A program made the position numbers and the translations under genes. The notes under the pieces were generated by a model. That model saw nothing but the letters and a program-made list of their open reading frames with translations. It was not told where the DNA came from and searched no databases. From NCBI GenBank assembly GCA_965659885.1, contig CBFHXV010000004.1, forward strand, positions 5,024-69,023: a stretch of DNA of 64,000 nucleotides, given 5' to 3'. The DNA is from Burkholderiaceae bacterium. Its GTDB lineage: Bacteria > Pseudomonadota > Gammaproteobacteria > Burkholderiales > Burkholderiaceae_B. Position 1 is the first letter of the stretch. The number at the start of each line of letters is the position of its first letter. This document shows positions 8,901 through 20,708 of the stretch, piece after piece.

Positions 8901-8949
8901 ACGAGTTTGGCTTTGCAAAATAAATAGGGACGTACCCCTTTTATTTTGC
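8884..8949. repeat. Nested AT-rich inverted repeats (REP/transposon-end-like) between the RAYT-like gene and gltB
   Basis: GCAAAATAAA (8915-8924) / TTTATTTTGC (8940-8949) is a perfect IR enclosing AGGG..CCCT; CGTCCCT (8884-8890) is also the reverse complement of AGGGACG (8926-8932). Confidence 0.7.
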
Positions 8950-9021
8950 TTGCACAGATCTCGAGACGGGGTTATCGTCTCCTGCCGCGCTGCACCATGC
9001 GCGGATGAATGGGAGCCTCGC

Positions 9022-12000
9022 ATGTCTACTTTTCCTTTGACGTTTCATTCTCGTATCCCCAGCGGTCATAAGGCCCAAGGCTTGTATAAGCCAGAGCATG
9101 AGCATGATGCCTGTGGCGTGGGCTTTGTCGCCCATATTAAGGGGCGTGCCTCTCACTCGATCATTGGTCAAGGCCTGAAGATCCTCGAGAACCTCGATCA
9201 CCGAGGTGCGGTTGGCGCCGACAAACTCATGGGTGACGGTGCCGGGATTTTGCTTCAGATACCAGACGCGCTGTACCGCGAAGAAATGGCAGCCCAAGGC
9301 GTCGACCTCCCCGCGCCTGGCGAATATGGTGTCGCAATGGTGTTCTTGCCAAAGGAGATTGCTTCAAGACTGGCCTGTGAGCAAGCGCTAGAGCGTGAGG
9401 TCGTGGCAGAGGGGCAAGTCGTTTTGGGCTGGCGTGACGTGCCTATCGACGCCGAGATGCCGATGTCACCCACCGTCAAAGAATGCGAGCCGGTGATCCG
9501 TCAGCTGTTTATTGGGCGTGGCGCCAATGTGATGGTGCCCGACGCGCTTGAGCGCAAGCTGTATGTGATTCGCAAGAAAGCCAGCCACGCCATTCACGCC
9601 ATGAAGCTGGCGCATGGCACAGAATACTTTGTCCCATCGATTTCAGTTCGCACCGTGGTCTACAAAGGTTTGTTGTTGGCCGATCAGGTCGGCGTCTACT
9701 ATCGCGACCTCGCTGACCCGCGTGCTGTGTCCGCACTGGCTTTGGTTCACCAGCGCTTTTCGACGAACACATTCCCGGCTTGGCCTCTGGCTCACCCCTA
9801 CCGTCTCATTGCTCACAACGGTGAAATCAACACCGTCAAGGGCAATTACAACTGGCTGCGTGCCCGTGAAGGCACCATGGAGTCGGCCGTGCTCGGAGAA
9901 GACCTCGCCAAGCTCTACCCGTTGGTCTACGCTGGGCAGTCCGACACCGCCACATTTGACAACTGTCTTGAACTTTTGGTGATGTCGGGCTATTCGTTGG
10001 CACACGCCATGATGATGATGATTCCCGAGGCTTGGGAGCAGCACGCTCACATGGACCCGGCACGCCGGGCGTTTTACGAGTATCACGCGGCCATGATGGA
10101 GCCATGGGATGGTCCGGCTGCTGTGGCCTTTACCGATGGCAAACAGATCGGTGCCACGCTGGATCGCAATGGCCTGCGCCCGGCGCGTTATTTGGTCACG
10201 GACGATGATTTGGTCATCATGGCGTCCGAGGCAGGCGTTTTGCCCATCGCCGAAAGCCGCATCGTGCAAAAGTGGCGTCTGCAGCCAGGCAAAATGTTCC
10301 TTATCGACTTGGAGCAAGGCCGCATTATCGATGATGAAGAAATCAAGTCACAGCTGGCCAATAGTCGCCCCTATCGTCATTGGATCGATCGTCTGCGCGT
10401 CAAGCTCGAATCGCTGCCCAAGCCCGAGGCCGCCGCCAAGCTGCGGCATCAGTCGCCCGTCGATCGATTAGACCGCGAGCAAGCATTTGGCTGGACGCAA
10501 GAGGATCTGAAGTTCATCCTCGAACCCATGGCCGCCAATGGTGAGGAAGCAACGGGGTCTATGGGCAACGACACGCCGCTTGCCGTTCTGTCGGATCGAC
10601 CCAAGCCGTTTTACAACTATTTCCGTCAGATGTTTGCGCAGGTCACCAATCCCCCGATTGACCCGATTCGTGAACAGCTGGTGATGTCGCTGGTGTCCTT
10701 TATTGGACCCAAGCCGAACTTGCTCGACATCAACAATGTGAATCCGCCCTTGCGTCTGGAGATCGCTCAGCCTGTGCTCGACGAGGATGCGATGACGCAG
10801 ATTCGCGATGTCGTCGAATACACCGGAAACAAGTTCCGTAGCTTTGAGCTCGACATCACTTATCCGGCTGCCTGGGGTTCGGAGGGCATTGAAGCTCGCC
10901 TGGCGGCGCTGTGTGCAAGCGCAGCCGATGCCGTCGAAAGCGGCTTTAACGTGCTGATCGTATCGGACCGCCTGGTTGACAAAGATCGCGTGGCGATCCC
11001 GGCTTTGCTGGCGACCTCTGCCATTCACCAGCACCTGATTGTGCGTGGGTTGCGTACCCGCACGGGTCTGGTGGTTGAAACCGGTTCAGCCCGTGAGGTC
11101 CACCACTTTGCCCTGCTTGGCGGGTTTGGTGCCGAGGCGATCCACCCGTATCTGGCGCTTGAGGCTGTGCGTGACCTGTCTGAAGATGGTGATCTGGCAG
11201 TCAAGAACTACATCAAAGCCATCGGCAAGGGCTTGAACAAAGTGATGTCAAAAATGGGCATCTCGACATTCATGTCCTACTGCGGTGCGCAGATCTTTGA
11301 GGCGGTTGGCTTGCACGCCAGTTTGGTCAAGAAGTACTTCCCGGGTACTTCAAGCGCCATTGGCGGCGTCGATATCTTCGAAGTGGCACAAGAGGCCCTG
11401 CGCACGCACGCGGCTGCGTTTAGCAAGGATCCGGTGCTTGAGAACGCGCTAGACGCTGGCGGTGACTATGCCTATCGGGTGCGCGGCGAGCAGCACATGT
11501 GGACACCAGACTCGATTGCCAAGTTGCAGCACTCCACGCGTTCAAACAGCTACAGCACCTACAAGGAATACGCGCAACTGATCAATGACCAGAGCAAGCG
11601 CCACATGACCTTGCGCGGCTTGTTTGAATTCCGCGTTGATCCGGCGCAGGCGATTTCGCTTGATGAGGTTGAGCCCGCCAAGGAGATCGTCAAGCGATTT
11701 GCCACCGGCGCCATGTCACTAGGCTCTATTTCTACCGAGGCGCACTCGGTATTGGCTGTGGCCATGAACCGTCTTGGCGGCAAGTCCAATACGGGCGAAG
11801 GTGGTGAAGACGAGGCGCGTTATCGCAGTGAATTGCAAACAGGCAAAAGTGACATTAAAGATGGTGACAGTTTGGCGTCCATTCTGGGCCCCGAGCGCAT
11901 TGAGGCTGATGTGCCGCTTCAGGCCGGTGACTCTTTGCGTTCGCGCATCAAGCAAGTCGCTTCTGGACGTTTTGGGGTGAACCCGGAATATCTTGCGAGT

Positions 12001-13737
12001 GCAGACCAGATCCAGATCAAGATGGCCCAGGGCGCAAAGCCTGGCGAAGGCGGTCAGCTGCCCGGACATAAAGTCTCGGAATACATCGCCAAATTGCGCT
12101 GTTCGGTGCCAGGTGTGGGGCTAATCTCGCCGCCGCCGCATCACGACATTTATTCCATTGAAGACTTGGCTCAGTTGATCCATGACTTGAAAAACGCCAA
12201 TGCGCGTGCCTCTGTGTCGGTCAAGCTGGTCTCGGAAGTCGGCGTGGGGACAGTTGCCGCGGGTGTGGCCAAGGCCAAAGCCGATCATGTCGTGATCGCC
12301 GGCCACGATGGGGGCACCGGCGCATCGCCAATCTCATCAATCAAGCACGCCGGCACCCCGTGGGAGCTAGGTTTGGCTGAAACCCAGCAAACGCTGGTCA
12401 TCAATCGTTTGCGCAGCCGCATCCGGGTGCAAGCCGATGGTCAGATGAAAACAGGTCGCGATGTGGTCATTGGCGCGTTGCTCGGTGCTGATGAGTTCGG
12501 TTTTGCGACTGCACCACTGGTAGTCGAAGGCTGCATCATGATGCGCAAGTGTCACCTGAACACCTGTCCGGTGGGTGTGGCCACGCAGGACCCGGTGCTG
12601 CGTAAGAAGTTCCAGGGCAAGCCCGAGCACGTGGTCAATTACTTTTTCTTCGTGGCTGAAGAAGTGCGCGAGATCATGGCTCAATTGGGCATCCGTACCT
12701 TTGACGAGCTGGTCGGCCGCACCGATTTGCTCGACACCCGTGCCGGTCTTGAGCACTGGAAAGCGCACGGTCTGGACTTCACCAACATCTTTTACCAGCC
12801 ACCAACTGATGAGCCACGTTACCAAGCGCTCGAACAAGACCATGGCTTGGAGGCGGCACTGGATCACCAGCTGATCGAGCGCAGCAAGCCTGCTATCGAA
12901 AAAGGCGAGAAAGTGTCGTTCATTACGCCGGTTCGCAACCGTAACCGTAGCGTGGGTGCCATGCTCTCGGGCGAGATCGCTCGTCGTCATGGCGAGGCGG
13001 GGCTCGCTGACGATTCGATTCATATTCAGTTCAACGGCAGTGCCGGCCAAAGCTTTGGTGCGTTCCTTGTGCATGGGGTGACTTTCGACCTCGTTGGCGA
13101 GGGCAACGACTATGTGGGCAAGGGCTTGGCCGGTGGGCGCATTATTGTTCGCAGCCCCAACGACTTCCGGGGGTTCGGGCCTGAGCACATTATTGTCGGC
13201 AATACGGTTTTGTATGGCGCCACCATGGGTGAAGCCTACTTGAGCGGCGTGGCAGGCGAGCGTTTCGCTGTGCGTAACTCGGGTGCTGCCACGGTGATCG
13301 AGGGCACAGGTGATCATGGCTGCGAGTACATGACCGGTGGAACGGTCGTCGTGCTTGGTGGCACGGGTCGCAACTTCGCAGCTGGCATGTCCGGCGGTGT
13401 AGCTTATGTGTTTGATCCTGAGCGCAACCTCAAGGACAACTGCAACCTCACCATGGTGGACCTGGAGCCGGTGCTAACTACTGCCGAGCAAAAAGAGAAA
13501 GTGGGCATGCAGACTTGGCACAGCATGCTGCGCGGCGATGAGCGCGAAACTGATGAAGCGATTCTCAAGCGTCTAGTTGAGAACCACTTCCGTTACACCG
13601 GCAGTTTCCGTGCTCGCGATATTCTGAGCAACTGGCCTGCATCACGTGGCATGTTTGTCAAAGTGATGCCCAAAGAATACCGACGCGCGTTGGCTGAACT
13701 TTGGGAAAGTGCCAATACGGCCTCTAAAGCCGCTTGA
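9022..13737 (+). CDS. gltB: Glutamate synthase large subunit
   Basis: EHDACGVGF (Ntn Cys), [39 protein letters not shown] Fe-S motif and GXG repeats; start placed at ATG 9022 after GGGAG. Confidence 0.98.
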   Translation: MSTFPLTFHSRIPSGHKAQGLYKPEHEHDACGVGFVAHIKGRASHSIIGQGLKILENLDHRGAVGADKLMGDGAGILLQIPDALYREEMAAQGVDLPAPGEYGVAMVFLPKEIASRLACEQALEREVVAEGQVVLGWRDVPIDAEMPMSPTVKECEPVIRQLFIGRGANVMVPDALERKLYVIRKKASHAIHAMKLAHGTEYFVPSISVRTVVYKGLLLADQVGVYYRDLADPRAVSALALVHQRFSTNTFPAWPLAHPYRLIAHNGEINTVKGNYNWLRAREGTMESAVLGEDLAKLYPLVYAGQSDTATFDNCLELLVMSGYSLAHAMMMMIPEAWEQHAHMDPARRAFYEYHAAMMEPWDGPAAVAFTDGKQIGATLDRNGLRPARYLVTDDDLVIMASEAGVLPIAESRIVQKWRLQPGKMFLIDLEQGRIIDDEEIKSQLANSRPYRHWIDRLRVKLESLPKPEAAAKLRHQSPVDRLDREQAFGWTQEDLKFILEPMAANGEEATGSMGNDTPLAVLSDRPKPFYNYFRQMFAQVTNPPIDPIREQLVMSLVSFIGPKPNLLDINNVNPPLRLEIAQPVLDEDAMTQIRDVVEYTGNKFRSFELDITYPAAWGSEGIEARLAALCASAADAVESGFNVLIVSDRLVDKDRVAIPALLATSAIHQHLIVRGLRTRTGLVVETGSAREVHHFALLGGFGAEAIHPYLALEAVRDLSEDGDLAVKNYIKAIGKGLNKVMSKMGISTFMSYCGAQIFEAVGLHASLVKKYFPGTSSAIGGVDIFEVAQEALRTHAAAFSKDPVLENALDAGGDYAYRVRGEQHMWTPDSIAKLQHSTRSNSYSTYKEYAQLINDQSKRHMTLRGLFEFRVDPAQAISLDEVEPAKEIVKRFATGAMSLGSISTEAHSVLAVAMNRLGGKSNTGEGGEDEARYRSELQTGKSDIKDGDSLASILGPERIEADVPLQAGDSLRSRIKQVASGRFGVNPEYLASADQIQIKMAQGAKPGEGGQLPGHKVSEYIAKLRCSVPGVGLISPPPHHDIYSIEDLAQLIHDLKNANARASVSVKLVSEVGVGTVAAGVAKAKADHVVIAGHDGGTGASPISSIKHAGTPWELGLAETQQTLVINRLRSRIRVQADGQMKTGRDVVIGALLGADEFGFATAPLVVEGCIMMRKCHLNTCPVGVATQDPVLRKKFQGKPEHVVNYFFFVAEEVREIMAQLGIRTFDELVGRTDLLDTRAGLEHWKAHGLDFTNIFYQPPTDEPRYQALEQDHGLEAALDHQLIERSKPAIEKGEKVSFITPVRNRNRSVGAMLSGEIARRHGEAGLADDSIHIQFNGSAGQSFGAFLVHGVTFDLVGEGNDYVGKGLAGGRIIVRSPNDFRGFGPEHIIVGNTVLYGATMGEAYLSGVAGERFAVRNSGAATVIEGTGDHGCEYMTGGTVVVLGGTGRNFAAGMSGGVAYVFDPERNLKDNCNLTMVDLEPVLTTAEQKEKVGMQTWHSMLRGDERETDEAILKRLVENHFRYTGSFRARDILSNWPASRGMFVKVMPKEYRRALAELWESANTASKAA

Positions 13738-13749
13738 TGGGAGAAAGAG

Positions 13750-15216
13750 ATGGGTAAAGTAACCGGTTTTCTGGAATTAAAGCGTCTGAAAGAAGCCAGC
13801 CAGGCGCCTGAGATTCGGATCAAGCACTGGCATGAGTTTGTTGACCGCTTGCCTGACGAAGAGGCGAGCAAGCAAGGGGCTCGCTGCATGGATTGTGGCA
13901 TTCCCTTTTGCAACACGGGTTGCCCGGTCAACAACATCATTCCTGACTGGAATGACCTGGTGTATCGCAACGAATGGCGCCAGGCACTTGATGTCTTGCA
14001 CTCGACGAACAACTTCCCCGAGTTCACGGGTCGGATCTGCCCTGCCCCATGTGAAGCGGCCTGTACGTTGAACATCAACAACGACCCGGTGGGGATCAAG
14101 TCCATTGAACACGCCATCATCGACAAGGGCTGGGACGAGGGCTGGGTTGTGCCGCAACCGCCCTCGCAGCGCACGGGCAAGAAAGTCGCTGTGGTTGGCT
14201 CGGGCCCGGCCGGATTGGCTGCGGCTCAGCAGCTTGCGCGCGCTGGCCATGAGGTTACCGTGTTCGAGAAGCAAGACCGTATCGGTGGGCTTTTGCGCTA
14301 CGGTATTCCTGACTTCAAGATGGAAAAGCACCTGATCGACCAGCGCGTAGTGCAAATGCAGGCCGAAGGCGTCACGTTCTGTCCGTCGACATTTGTCGGC
14401 TCGGCTGACGACCCAGCAGCCAAGGGCTTGACTGTGAAGTCCCCGGCAGACCTAGATGCCGAGTTCGATGCCATTGTGCTGTCTGGCGGCTGTGAAGTGC
14501 CGCGTGACTTGCCAGTGCCTGGCCGCGAGCTCGATGGCGTGATGTACGCCATGGACTTCCTGCGCCCGCAAAACAAGGTCGTGGCAGGAGACAAGGTGTC
14601 TGGTCAGGTGCTCGCGAAAGACAAGCACGTGGTGGTCATCGGGGGCGGTGACACGGGCTCTGACTGTGTAGGCACGAGCAACCGCCACGGTGCCAAGTCT
14701 GTTACCCAGATTGAGTTGATGCCAAAGCCGCCTGAGCACGAGAACAAGGAGTTGACCTGGCCCTACTGGCCTGCCAAGCTCAGAACCTCTTCGTCTCATG
14801 AAGAAGGCGCAGACCGCGACTGGGCCATCACCACCAAATCCGTTGAGGGCACCAACGGCAAAGTAAGCAAGTTGAAGGCCGCGCGTGTGCAGTGGGAGCG
14901 TGATGAAGCCACCGGCCAATTCAAGATGCAGGAAGTGGCAGGCTCGGAGTTCGAGATCGAAGCCGACCTCATTTTGTTGGCCATGGGCTTTGTGTCGCCG
15001 GTCGCCGGCGTGCTGAAATCCTTCGGCATCGAAGTTGATGGCCGAGGCAATGCGCGTGCCAACACCGATGACTACAAGACCAGTTTGCCCAAAGTGTTTG
15101 CCGCTGGCGACATGCGTCGTGGCCAGTCACTGGTGGTTTGGGCGATTCGTGAGGGTCGTCAGTGTGCTCGTGCGGTTGACGAGTTCCTGATGGGTGCAAC
15201 CGAATTGCCTCGATAA
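13750..15216 (+). CDS. gltD: Glutamate synthase small subunit
   Basis: [53 protein letters not shown]. Confidence 0.97.
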   Translation: MGKVTGFLELKRLKEASQAPEIRIKHWHEFVDRLPDEEASKQGARCMDCGIPFCNTGCPVNNIIPDWNDLVYRNEWRQALDVLHSTNNFPEFTGRICPAPCEAACTLNINNDPVGIKSIEHAIIDKGWDEGWVVPQPPSQRTGKKVAVVGSGPAGLAAAQQLARAGHEVTVFEKQDRIGGLLRYGIPDFKMEKHLIDQRVVQMQAEGVTFCPSTFVGSADDPAAKGLTVKSPADLDAEFDAIVLSGGCEVPRDLPVPGRELDGVMYAMDFLRPQNKVVAGDKVSGQVLAKDKHVVVIGGGDTGSDCVGTSNRHGAKSVTQIELMPKPPEHENKELTWPYWPAKLRTSSSHEEGADRDWAITTKSVEGTNGKVSKLKAARVQWERDEATGQFKMQEVAGSEFEIEADLILLAMGFVSPVAGVLKSFGIEVDGRGNARANTDDYKTSLPKVFAAGDMRRGQSLVVWAIREGRQCARAVDEFLMGATELPR

Positions 15217-15243
15217 CTTGACAGTGGGCGATACAATCCTACG

Positions 15244-16110
15244 ATGACTTCGTCCACTGACGCTTCTGGTATTGATGCGACCGGTGCTCCCGCTGTTGAT
15301 CGCGCGCCGGTGCTTGAGTTTGACAAGGTGACCCTTGGGTACGGGGACTTTACCGTGCTCCAAGGACTGTCGCTGCAGATCAATGCTGGTGAAGTCGTGG
15401 CTGTGATGGGTGGCTCCGGTTCGGGCAAGACCACGCTCATGCGGGCAGCCACTGGCCAGATTGCCGTGGCTGCTGGAGAGTTGAAAGCCTTTGGCCAGTC
15501 GATGCGGGGCTTAAAGCGCACGGAACTCGAACACCTGCGACAGCGCATGGGGGTTTTGTTTCAGCATGGTGCACTGTTTACCGACCTCGATGTATTTGAA
15601 AACGTGGCGTTTCCGCTAAGGGAGCACACGCGCCTGTCGGAACAAGAAATTTCACAGAAAGTGTTGCACAACCTTGACGCCGTTGGTCTCAGGGCAGCTG
15701 CGCATCTGAAGTTATCTGAGGTCTCTGGCGGCATGGCCAGACGTGTGGCACTGGCCAGAGCCATCGTGCGTGAGCCCGCACTGGTTTTTTATGACGAACC
15801 GTTTGCCGGTCTTGATCCCATATCCATGGGTATCGCCGCACGGCTAATCCGCAACCTGTCTGACAAGCTCGGTTGTGCGTCTGTGGTGATCACCCATGAT
15901 GTGCCCGAGTCGTTTGAGATTGCGGACACGGTGTATATCGTCGGGCAGGGTGAGCTCAAAGCCAGTGGCTCGCCCGAAAGCCTCAAAGAGTCTGAAGATC
16001 CCTACGTGCGCCAGTTCCTTGAGGGCTCACCAGACGGCCCTGTGGCGTTTGATTACCCAACCACGCCCGCATTTGAACGCTGGTGCCGTGACAAGGGGGT
16101 GGAGCCATGA
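15244..16110 (+). CDS. mlaF: Mla phospholipid ABC transporter ATPase
   Basis: Walker [41 protein letters not shown]; directly before mlaE. Confidence 0.92.
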   Translation: MTSSTDASGIDATGAPAVDRAPVLEFDKVTLGYGDFTVLQGLSLQINAGEVVAVMGGSGSGKTTLMRAATGQIAVAAGELKAFGQSMRGLKRTELEHLRQRMGVLFQHGALFTDLDVFENVAFPLREHTRLSEQEISQKVLHNLDAVGLRAAAHLKLSEVSGGMARRVALARAIVREPALVFYDEPFAGLDPISMGIAARLIRNLSDKLGCASVVITHDVPESFEIADTVYIVGQGELKASGSPESLKESEDPYVRQFLEGSPDGPVAFDYPTTPAFERWCRDKGVEP

Positions 16111-16892
16111 AGGTGATGAGCTCACTGGCGGCAACGGGGACCTTCACCCGCAAGAAGCTGGTCGTGCTCGGTCAGCTGGCACGGTTCTTTGTGCAGCTGG
16201 TCATGCAATGTGGTGTGCTGTTTCGCCGTCCGCGCTTGACAGTGCAGCAGGTGCACTTTATTGGTAATTATTCGCTGGTCATCATCGCGGTGTCCGGCCT
16301 ATTTGTGGGGTTTGTGCTCGGTTTGCAGGGATACTACACCCTGAATCGATATGGATCAGAAGAGGCGCTTGGGTTACTCGTGGCATTGTCTTTGACCCGT
16401 GAGCTCGGGCCCGTGGTGACGGCACTTCTGTTTGCGGGACGGGCTGGCACGTCGCTGACGGCTGAAATTGGCTTAATGAAGGCTGGCGAGCAGATCGCCG
16501 CCATGGAGGTGATGGCCGTTGACCCCGTGCGGCGTGTGTTGGCGCCACGGTTTCTGGGCGGCATTATTGCCATGCCTGTTCTGGCCGCCGTGTTCTCGAT
16601 GGTGGGTATCATCGGTGGCTGGATTGTCGGTGTGTTGCTTATCGGCATAGACGCTGGCGCCTTCTGGTCGCAGATGCAAGACGGTGTGGACGTGTTTGAT
16701 GACGTGCTTAATGGTGTCATCAAAAGTGTTGTGTTTGGCGTGGCAGTCACGCTGATTGCCTTGTTTGAAGGTTGGCAGTGCAAACCAACGCCCGAGGGGG
16801 TCTCGCGTGCCACCACCCGAACTGTGGTGGCCGGTTCACTGGTGGTGCTTGGGCTGGATTTTGTATTAACGGCTTTAATGTTCAGTAACTGA
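16107..16892 (+). CDS. mlaE: Mla ABC permease
   Basis: [28 protein letters not shown] motif. Confidence 0.95.
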   Translation: MKVMSSLAATGTFTRKKLVVLGQLARFFVQLVMQCGVLFRRPRLTVQQVHFIGNYSLVIIAVSGLFVGFVLGLQGYYTLNRYGSEEALGLLVALSLTRELGPVVTALLFAGRAGTSLTAEIGLMKAGEQIAAMEVMAVDPVRRVLAPRFLGGIIAMPVLAAVFSMVGIIGGWIVGVLLIGIDAGAFWSQMQDGVDVFDDVLNGVIKSVVFGVAVTLIALFEGWQCKPTPEGVSRATTRTVVAGSLVVLGLDFVLTALMFSN

Positions 16893-16909
16893 TTCGGGGG
16901 CGGTTCTTT

Positions 16910-17380
16910 ATGAGCAACCATAAAATCGATGTGTGGGTAGGCTTGTTTGTCTTTCTGGGCATCATTGCACTGGTGTTCCTGGCCTTGCGTGCCGGTAACC
17001 TGAGCAGCTTCTCATTTGCCGAGACCTACTCGGTGCAGGCCAAGTTCGACAATATTGGCGGATTGAAGGTGCGTGCGCCTGTCAAAAGTGCTGGTGTCGT
17101 GGTGGGCCGTGTCTCGGATATTCGGTTTGATGACCAGACCTATCAGGCCATTGTGACCTTTAACATTGATCAGGCGTTTGAGTTTCCGCTTGACACCTCA
17201 GCTAGCATTTTGACCTCGGGTTTGCTGGGCGAGCAGTACATAGGTCTGGATGCTGGTGGCGACGACTTGATGCTAGCTTCGGGCGACTCGATTACACTGA
17301 CTCAGAGTGCGATCGTTCTTGAACGATTAATTAGCCAGTTTTTATATGGCACAGCCGAACAAGAGGGAGCAGCGGACTAA
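16910..17380 (+). CDS. mlaD: MCE-domain lipid transport protein
   Basis: FDNIGGLKVRAPVKSAGVVVGRV and TSGLLGEQYI. Confidence 0.95.
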   Translation: MSNHKIDVWVGLFVFLGIIALVFLALRAGNLSSFSFAETYSVQAKFDNIGGLKVRAPVKSAGVVVGRVSDIRFDDQTYQAIVTFNIDQAFEFPLDTSASILTSGLLGEQYIGLDAGGDDLMLASGDSITLTQSAIVLERLISQFLYGTAEQEGAAD

Positions 17381-17397
17381 GCGTGCGCTGCTGCAAT

Positions 17398-18183
17398 ATG
17401 ATGAGACTTTCGCTAAACAAACGCCTGCTGGTAGTTGCTTCGGTGGCTTTGCTAGCCGGGTGCGCCGGAACCACGCAGCCGCCCAACCCAGCTGACCCAT
17501 GGGAAGGCATGAACCGAGGCACCTATGCTTTCAATGATGCGGTTGACCGAGCGGTGTTTCGGCCGATCGCCGAGTTGTATGCCTTTGTCACGCCTCGTCC
17601 GGTGCGCACCTGTATTCGCAACGTGTACTTGAACATCGGCGAAATCTGGTCGATGATCAACAGCAACTTGCAGCAACGTCACGTCGATGCGATAAACACC
17701 ACGGGTCGGTTTTTGTTGAACACCACCATGGGTCTTGGTGGCTGTATTGATGTGGCAAGCATGCGCGGCCAGCCTCGCATCAAAAATGACTTTGGTGTCA
17801 CGTTGGGTGTCTGGGGCGTGCCGCAGGGCCCGTACTTGGTGTTGCCTTTCCTTGGCGCGAGCTCGGTCAGAGACGGTGTGGGCACCGGGGTGGACTTTGT
17901 GGGCAACCAGCTCGACACCATTGGCGCAATTCCCAATGTGAGGCTGCGCAACTCATTGTGGGGCTTGGAAGTCGTGGTGCGGCGTGAAGCGCTGCTAACC
18001 GTGTCTGAGACCATCGACCGTACCGCACTTGACCCCTACAGTTTTGTGCGTGACGCCTACCTGCAGCAGCGCCGGGCGCTGGTGTCGGGCCAGCCCGATG
18101 CGCAGGAGTTGCCCAACTACGAAGATTATGAGGATGTCGAGGCTGATGAAGAAGCCTTGGGCATTGAACAGGAGAAACAGTGA
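17398..18183 (+). CDS. mlaA: VacJ/MlaA outer-membrane lipoprotein
   Basis: Lipobox LAGC, DPWEGMNR, DFGVTLGVWG, GPYLVLPFLG, DPYSFVRDAYLQ. Confidence 0.92.
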   Translation: MMRLSLNKRLLVVASVALLAGCAGTTQPPNPADPWEGMNRGTYAFNDAVDRAVFRPIAELYAFVTPRPVRTCIRNVYLNIGEIWSMINSNLQQRHVDAINTTGRFLLNTTMGLGGCIDVASMRGQPRIKNDFGVTLGVWGVPQGPYLVLPFLGASSVRDGVGTGVDFVGNQLDTIGAIPNVRLRNSLWGLEVVVRREALLTVSETIDRTALDPYSFVRDAYLQQRRALVSGQPDAQELPNYEDYEDVEADEEALGIEQEKQ

Positions 18184-18854
18184 TGTCGATATTGTTTACC
18201 CGTTGGCCGGTGTTCTCTGGTGCAGGTGCGTTTGGCGCAGGCGCTCGTCACATGGCCGTGTTACTCGCTAGCCTGATGATGTTTGGTGCGGCTGTCGCTT
18301 CCCCAGACCCCAAAGCCGAGCCGGCCGTGTTTGTGCAGGAGGTCTCTGACCAGCTGCTCGAGGTGATCAAAACCGACCCGGCGGTTCGTGACCAGAATAT
18401 GGCGCGTATCAACGAGATTGTGAATCAGTACATCATGCCGTATGTCGATTTTGAGCGGACCACGCGATTGGCCGCCGGCAAGTACTGGCGGCGAGCAACG
18501 CCTGAGCAGAAACAGGAGCTGTCAGAAGCCTTCAAAATGACCCTGATCCGCACCTACAGTGGTGCTTTGACCAAGGTTGACAACGGCACCAGCATGCAAG
18601 TCTTACCGTTTAGGGGTGATGCTGATGCCAAAGATGTGGTGGTCAGATCCAACGTGGTGCAGGCTAGTAACACCCAGCCCATCCGGGTCGACTATCGGTT
18701 GCGTCGTGAGCCTGAGGGCTGGCGCATCTATGACATTAACGTTGAAAACGTCTGGCTGATTCAAAACTATAGAAACCAGTTTGCGCAGCAAATCAACCGT
18801 TCGGGTATTGATGGTTTGATTGTGGCTTTAAATGAGCGCAACGAACAAAACTAA
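18183..18854 (+). CDS. mlaC: MlaC/Ttg2D periplasmic phospholipid shuttle
   Basis: PYVDFERTTRLAAGKYWR, WRIYDINVENVWLIQNYRNQF; start uncertain. Confidence 0.9.
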   Translation: MSILFTRWPVFSGAGAFGAGARHMAVLLASLMMFGAAVASPDPKAEPAVFVQEVSDQLLEVIKTDPAVRDQNMARINEIVNQYIMPYVDFERTTRLAAGKYWRRATPEQKQELSEAFKMTLIRTYSGALTKVDNGTSMQVLPFRGDADAKDVVVRSNVVQASNTQPIRVDYRLRREPEGWRIYDINVENVWLIQNYRNQFAQQINRSGIDGLIVALNERNEQN

Positions 18855-18857
18855 TAT

Positions 18858-19658
18858 ATGTCCTCAGCAGCAATTGAGTTCAACCACATCCACAAAACCT
18901 ATAAGCCCGCAGTCAAACACTGGTGGCAACGGTTTGGCAAACAGTCAGGCGGCGAAGGTTTTAAGGCATTAAATGATGTCGATTTGCGAGTTGAATACGG
19001 TGAGTTTTTTGGATTGCTCGGCCCTAATGGCGCAGGCAAGACCTCACTGATTTCCATACTTGCGGGCTTGTCTTATGCCACGCAAGGTACAGCGCGCGTG
19101 TGTGGCCATGACGTCGTGGCCGACTTCAGGGCGGCACGCCGATCGCTAGGCGTGGTGCCTCAAGAGCTGGTATATGACCCTTTCTTCACGGTCATGGAAA
19201 CACTAAGGATTCAATCCGGGTATTTCGGCTTGCATCACAACGATGACTGGATCGAAGAGGTGTTGCACAACCTTGGGCTCTCAGACAAGACGCACGCCAA
19301 TATGCGTTCATTGTCCGGTGGCATGAAACGGCGCGTGCTTGTGGCACAAGCGCTCGTGCACCGCCCACCCGTGATTGTGCTCGATGAGCCCACAGCCGGC
19401 GTGGACGTGGATTTGCGGCGCAGCCTCTGGGAATTCATCTCTAGGTTGAACCAGGAAGGCCACACGATTTTATTGACCACACATTATCTTGAAGAGGCCG
19501 AGGCCTTGTGTGGGCGCATCGCCATGCTTAAGCGAGGCCAAATCGTGGCCTTGGACACCACTGACGCCCTGCTCGCGCGCGTCGGCGGCGCGGGCCTAGA
19601 GGAAGCTTTTGTGCAGATCATGCAAGACGATGGTCAGAAGGCGGCAATTCCATCATGA
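18858..19658 (+). CDS. ABC-2 type transporter ATPase (YadG-like)
   Basis: GPNGAGKT, LSGGMKRR, LDEPTAGVD, TTHYLEEAE. Confidence 0.9.
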   Translation: MSSAAIEFNHIHKTYKPAVKHWWQRFGKQSGGEGFKALNDVDLRVEYGEFFGLLGPNGAGKTSLISILAGLSYATQGTARVCGHDVVADFRAARRSLGVVPQELVYDPFFTVMETLRIQSGYFGLHHNDDWIEEVLHNLGLSDKTHANMRSLSGGMKRRVLVAQALVHRPPVIVLDEPTAGVDVDLRRSLWEFISRLNQEGHTILLTTHYLEEAEALCGRIAMLKRGQIVALDTTDALLARVGGAGLEEAFVQIMQDDGQKAAIPS

Positions 19659-20452
19659 GTCAGAACACTGTGGCATCACGCTGGGGCAACTCCTCGCGCT
19701 CGGGTTTTTATACGCTGCTCTACAAAGAGTTGTTGCGTTTTTGGCGGGTTGGGTTTCAAACCATTGCTGCGCCGGTCATCACGGCCTTGCTCTATCTGAT
19801 CGTGTTTGTCCAGGTTTTACAAGACCGGGTTCAGGTCTACGATCAAATTCCATACGTTGAGTTCCTGATTCCGGGCTTGATGATGATGAGCATGTTGCAA
19901 AACGCCTTTGCCAACCCTTCTTCTTCGCTGATTCAAAGCCGGGTCACGGGTAACTTGGTGTTCGTGCTTCTGACGCCCATTTCGACCAGAGAGTTTTTTG
20001 CGGCCTATGTGGTTGCTGCCATTGCACGCGGTCTGGCGGTGGGTTTGGCGGTTTGGTTGGTGTCATTGCTGTTTGTGCCCATACCGGTCACCTCGGTTGC
20101 CTGGGTGCTGGTGTTTGGCACGCTCGGTAGCGCCATGCTCGGCATTTTGGGGTTGATTGCGGGTTTATGGTCCGAGAAGTTTGACCAGATGGCGGCGTTT
20201 CAGAATTTCCTGATCATGCCATTGACGTTCTTGTCGGGCGTGTTCTACTCCATCCACAGCCTGCCGGCCTTTTGGCAGGGCGTATCGCACTGGAACCCCA
20301 TCTTCTACACGATTGATGGCTTTCGGTATGGGTTTTTTGGTGTGTCTGACAGCTCGCCCTGGCTAAGTTTGGCTGTGGTGTTTGGTTTTTTTGCTGTGCT
20401 GACTTTTATTGCGATCCGGTTGCTTGATAGCGGTTACAAACTTAGAACTTGA
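19655..20452 (+). CDS. ABC-2 type transporter permease (YadH-like)
   Basis: KELLRFWRV..QTIAAP, PLTFLSGVFYS, NPIFYTIDGFRYG. Confidence 0.9.
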   Translation: MSQNTVASRWGNSSRSGFYTLLYKELLRFWRVGFQTIAAPVITALLYLIVFVQVLQDRVQVYDQIPYVEFLIPGLMMMSMLQNAFANPSSSLIQSRVTGNLVFVLLTPISTREFFAAYVVAAIARGLAVGLAVWLVSLLFVPIPVTSVAWVLVFGTLGSAMLGILGLIAGLWSEKFDQMAAFQNFLIMPLTFLSGVFYSIHSLPAFWQGVSHWNPIFYTIDGFRYGFFGVSDSSPWLSLAVVFGFFAVLTFIAIRLLDSGYKLRT

Positions 20453-20465
20453 TTGAGGTGCAAAG

Positions 20466-20708
20466 ATGTTGCCAACTCCTGAGGACATCAAAAAATATAT
20501 CAGCGCTGGCTTGGCTTGCGAACACGTTGAGGTTAGTGGTGACGGTGCCCACTTTGAGGCGGTCATTGTCAGTGACGCCTTTGAGGGCAAGCGTCCCATT
20601 GCGCGGCACCAGTTGGTCTATGCCGCGCTTGGCGATCGCATGCGCGACGAGATTCATGCGTTGTCCATGAAAACACTGACGCCCGAAGAGTTCAAGGCAC
20701 AAGCCTGA
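20466..20708 (+). CDS. ibaG: BolA-family protein
   Basis: [17 protein letters not shown]...RHQLVY...EIHALSMKT; immediately before murA. Confidence 0.85.
   Translation: MLPTPEDIKKYISAGLACEHVEVSGDGAHFEAVIVSDAFEGKRPIARHQLVYAALGDRMRDEIHALSMKTLTPEEFKAQA

Noticed and set aside
8172-8949. Active IS200/IS605 or RAYT mobile element
   Set aside because: HUH and catalytic Tyr are absent, there is no tnpB, there is no REP array, and I saw no matching hairpin on the left side; reported instead as a degenerate or domesticated gene.
12367-13317. 316-aa antisense ORF inside gltB, and similar long shadow ORFs at 1304-2056, 9643-10317, 13777-14355 and 49802-50437
   Set aside because: They lie antisense to well-conserved genes, have no recognisable motifs, and are expected from codon bias in GC-rich coding DNA.
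15218-15238. Sigma-70 promoter TTGACA...TACAAT before mlaF
   Set aside because: The spacer is only about 9 bp, incompatible with a -35/-10 pair; at most the -10-like hexamer is real.
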